Below are positions 61,102 through 64,000 of a DNA stretch of 64,000 nt, piece after piece. Position 1 is the first letter of the stretch; each line of letters begins with the position of its first letter. The notes below the pieces were generated by a model that was given only the letters and a program-made list of their open reading frames with translations, searched no databases and was not told where the DNA came from. The translations under genes were made by a program, and so were the position numbers. Source of the stretch: Methanotrichaceae archaeon (GTDB taxonomy: Archaea > Halobacteriota > Methanosarcinia > Methanotrichales > Methanotrichaceae). The stretch spans positions 97,383 through 161,382 of the forward strand of contig CAWDLW010000018.1 of the NCBI GenBank assembly GCA_963803145.1. The letters run 5' to 3'.

Positions 61102-61995
61102 ATGAGAGATAAGCTTGTAATTCTTCTGATAGCCATAATTGTAATATCTTCTGGAGGCTGCATAGGGCAAATTACGGCAGTCTATTGGGTCAACCAAGGG
61201 AATAATTTATACAAAACAGGATCTTATGATCAGGCCATTGATGCATATAATAAAGCCATCGAAATGAATCCAAATGATTCAGAAGCCTGGGGAAATAAAG
61301 GCGCTGCCCTCTACAGCCTGGAGAGATATAATGATGCAATCAATGCATCCGACAAGGCAGTCGAGATAAATCCGAAATATGCATCGGCCTGGTACAATAA
61401 GGGTCTTGCACTTACCGCAGAGGGAAAGTACGATGAGGCCCTTCAATCTTATGACAGAGTCATAGAGCTGAACCCCAATGATGCGAAAGCATGGTATAAC
61501 AAAGGCACGCTATTGCTGGATTTAAGCAGGTATAATGATTCCATCGAGAGCCTCAATAACACCGTTTCGATCGATCCGAATATGGCTGAGGCATGGTCGA
61601 ATGAAGGCTTTGCGCTAACATACTTGGGCAGGTATAATGAATCAATAAAGTTTTATGACAGAGCTATAGAACTCAACGCAAATCTGCCAGATCCATGGAT
61701 CGGAAAGGGAATAGCTTTTGGAAAACTGAGAATACACAACGAATCCATTAATGCTTACAATAAGGCCATTAGCCTGAATCCAAACGATGCCGATGCTTGG
61801 AAGGGCAAAGGCGATGATCTGGCTAAGCTCGGCAGATATGATGATTCATTGGCCAGCTATGATAAGGCAACCAGCTTAAATCCTCAAAACGCAAAGGCCT
61901 GGTATGGCAAAGGTACGATCTTAAAAATGCTCTCTCGCGATACTGAGGCAAAGGCTGCATTCTCTAAGGCTGAGGCGTCTGGGTATAAAGGATAA
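61102..61995 (+). CDS. TPR repeat protein with lipoprotein-like signal
   Basis: SSGGC after a hydrophobic stretch; about eight AWxNKG TPR units. Confidence 0.9.
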   Translation: MRDKLVILLIAIIVISSGGCIGQITAVYWVNQGNNLYKTGSYDQAIDAYNKAIEMNPNDSEAWGNKGAALYSLERYNDAINASDKAVEINPKYASAWYNKGLALTAEGKYDEALQSYDRVIELNPNDAKAWYNKGTLLLDLSRYNDSIESLNNTVSIDPNMAEAWSNEGFALTYLGRYNESIKFYDRAIELNANLPDPWIGKGIAFGKLRIHNESINAYNKAISLNPNDADAWKGKGDDLAKLGRYDDSLASYDKATSLNPQNAKAWYGKGTILKMLSRDTEAKAAFSKAEASGYKG

Positions 61996-62569
61996 GAATG
62001 TAAATGTAATATAATCAATTATCAGCTAATATTGAAGGTTTTATCGCGCATTAAGATATCGAAGAAAAGCGAGAGTTGAAGAATTTCAGCTTTCTAAAGT
62101 CATCATCCTATAATGTAACGGAATCGTCCTTCAAATTCTCCCTAGCGAGACATATTAGGTACTTGCCATAGCGTCTCAATAGGTAAGGATCGACCAATTT
62201 ATCGGAAAGATCCGTTAAATGCATTATACCATCAGGTTCAGATGATCTATTTGCCTGCGCTTTTGCTGACTTGTCCTTAGACTCATTGCTGAATGAATTT
62301 AGTAGATTAGCCTTACTCTTACCGATCGAAACCATTAATTACTCTCCGTGACGTATCACACGATGCAGGCATAGACAACTATCCAAGTACTTAAATGTTT
62401 CTGTTTTCGTAATTCTCTAATCCCAAGGGTATTTAATTTTGGGTACCCAAGTACCTGTGTGTAAATTTGAAGATACAACCGCACTAATTTATATTATCCT
62501 AATCCATTAATTTTGGTTTAACTATTTAGATCCTGTACGCTTTTATACTTGAATGTTTAGGTATCGACT

Positions 62570-62833
62570 ATGACAACTGAAGATTCTATTGGAATTAGAA
62601 AGACGACAATAACAATCCCAGAAACCATTCTAGATGGGCTGCAGCTATTCATAGCAAAAAATAGAGGTTTTACACTCCGCGATCAAAGCAAAATCATAGT
62701 GACAGCATTGGTCGAGTTCCTTGTAAACCGCGGCATAGATTCCCAGAAAGATCTACACATTGATGATGAGCTAGTCAAAAAATACTTGATAGAATCTGAA
62801 ATGCTGATGCTGAAAAAACCCAAAGTTTCGTAA
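62570..62833 (+). CDS. Small ribbon-helix-helix-like protein
   Basis: RKTTITIPE..L..L...QSKIIVTALVEFL pattern. Confidence 0.55.
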   Translation: MTTEDSIGIRKTTITIPETILDGLQLFIAKNRGFTLRDQSKIIVTALVEFLVNRGIDSQKDLHIDDELVKKYLIESEMLMLKKPKVS

Positions 62834-63164
62834 TAAATGTTCCAAATTGATAGATCCACTTATCGGATTATAAAGGCACCTACGGCTCTCGGAAGCATAT
62901 ACAACTTGCAGGCTCAACTCACTTATTTTCTATCAGCAAAAATAGAGAGCTATTATAAGTTTTAGGATTGAGCACGTTTTAACGGGGTCGCAGTCTTAGG
63001 TGCACAACTCTAGGGTAAAGCCGTGGGTATGGAGACTAGGCATGTAATGGCGACCGCGACCCCGCTGGGGGTATAAGCCTGAATGAAGTAATAGTAGTAT
63101 TATCGTTAAACAAGCATATAAATTTTTAGATATTTGATATAAGGATTTCAAAAAATCTGTAAAT

Positions 63165-63452
63165 TTAGGCATGTGCATATAGATCATTCATCATATTCCT
63201 ATATTGCACCAATCTCTCCTTCAGATCCATTCCTTTAGGCGTTGTTTTATAAATGAACCGAGCACCATCAGGGATTGCTTCCAATAGCCCGCTTTTTACC
63301 ATATTATCTAAATATTGCCGTCCTATTGACGAATTCAGATTTGCTTGGTATACAACCCGCGTCTTGCTTGCGCCTCTGGCACATATATCGAGAATTTTCG
63401 ATGCAATTAAGTTAGGACTCCTCCTTCTTGGTGTCATTTCATAATCCTCCAA
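63165..63452 (-). CDS. Winged helix-turn-helix regulator (archaeal DUF4364-like)
   Basis: RRSPNLIASKILDIC..GASKTRVVYQANLN...YKTTPKG. Confidence 0.85.
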   Translation of the reverse strand: MEDYEMTPRRRSPNLIASKILDICARGASKTRVVYQANLNSSIGRQYLDNMVKSGLLEAIPDGARFIYKTTPKGMDLKERLVQYRNMMNDLYAHA

Positions 63453-64000
63453 TGGATTTATCTTGAGAACTCATTTGAGAATCATCGTTGGCTGGAATAA
63501 GTCCTCTCAGATCTGAGATATCTTCATTCAGATCTAATGCCTCGCCTAAAAATGGCATTACAATGCTCATTACTAGAATTGAACTAAGATATCGTACCTC
63601 CCTTGCCATAGAAACGATTAATGTTCTTAGGGGACCATATAGACGATTCTGCCTATTACTATTACTAGAACTGTACAGATGTGAATAGAGGACTTGGCCA
63701 TATTATATTTCGGCGCCGAAGATAGTGCAATTTTCAGTTACTTGCTGGTTTCTTTCTATCTTTTATCCTTTTCAGGATGAGTTGTAAATACAGTGTATCA
63801 AGATGTTAATATCAAAGTAGTAGCTAAGGAAGCTATTTCATAAAATGGTTCCACATAATGATGAGTTGGTTATGGTATAGAATCCAGATCAGAACGAATA
63901 TCCCAAAAATAACATAGAGGTTGGTGATATACACCAACCACTGAAGAAGACGCATCTTCTTCTCGGGCGTCCCGAACCACTTTTCGGCCTTTCGCTCAAT

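Noticed and set aside
62984-63064. Possible tRNA gene
   Set aside because: No T-arm consensus or cloverleaf. Kept only as a small-RNA candidate.

Overview
Chromosomal window from a methanogenic euryarchaeote. The thermosome, TFB, Gar1, MC1 chromatin protein, Methanosarcinales-type S-layer domain and TrpB2 genes point to Methanosarcinales/Methanotrichaceae (inference). The first 32 kb is housekeeping and secreted-protein genes. It is interrupted by a small MazF island, an IS630 element and a bacterial-like Pls/PosA-type single-module NRPS + PPTase + GNAT operon. From 32 to 35 kb there is a duplicated MC1 locus. It holds two copies of an unrecognised structured ncRNA and a signal-peptide-bearing pyruvoyl decarboxylase. 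From 35 to 59 kb is a type I-B CRISPR-Cas locus (cas1-cas2-cas4-cas8b-cas7-cas5-cas3-cas6) with a 45-repeat array and a second cas6+leader+24-repeat array. Between the arrays lies a toxin-antitoxin/IS110 island punctuated by solitary CRISPR repeats. Top signals: (1) a hidden degenerate mini-array between cas4 and cas8b whose spacer matches the cas8b TATA-box region next to a TTA PAM, predicting RNA-guided cas autorepression; (2) the duplicated structured RNA with structure-preserving substitutions and a cUNCGg loop; (3) an archaeal poly-amino-acid synthetase-like NRPS. All calls are by eye; no searches or folding programs were run.
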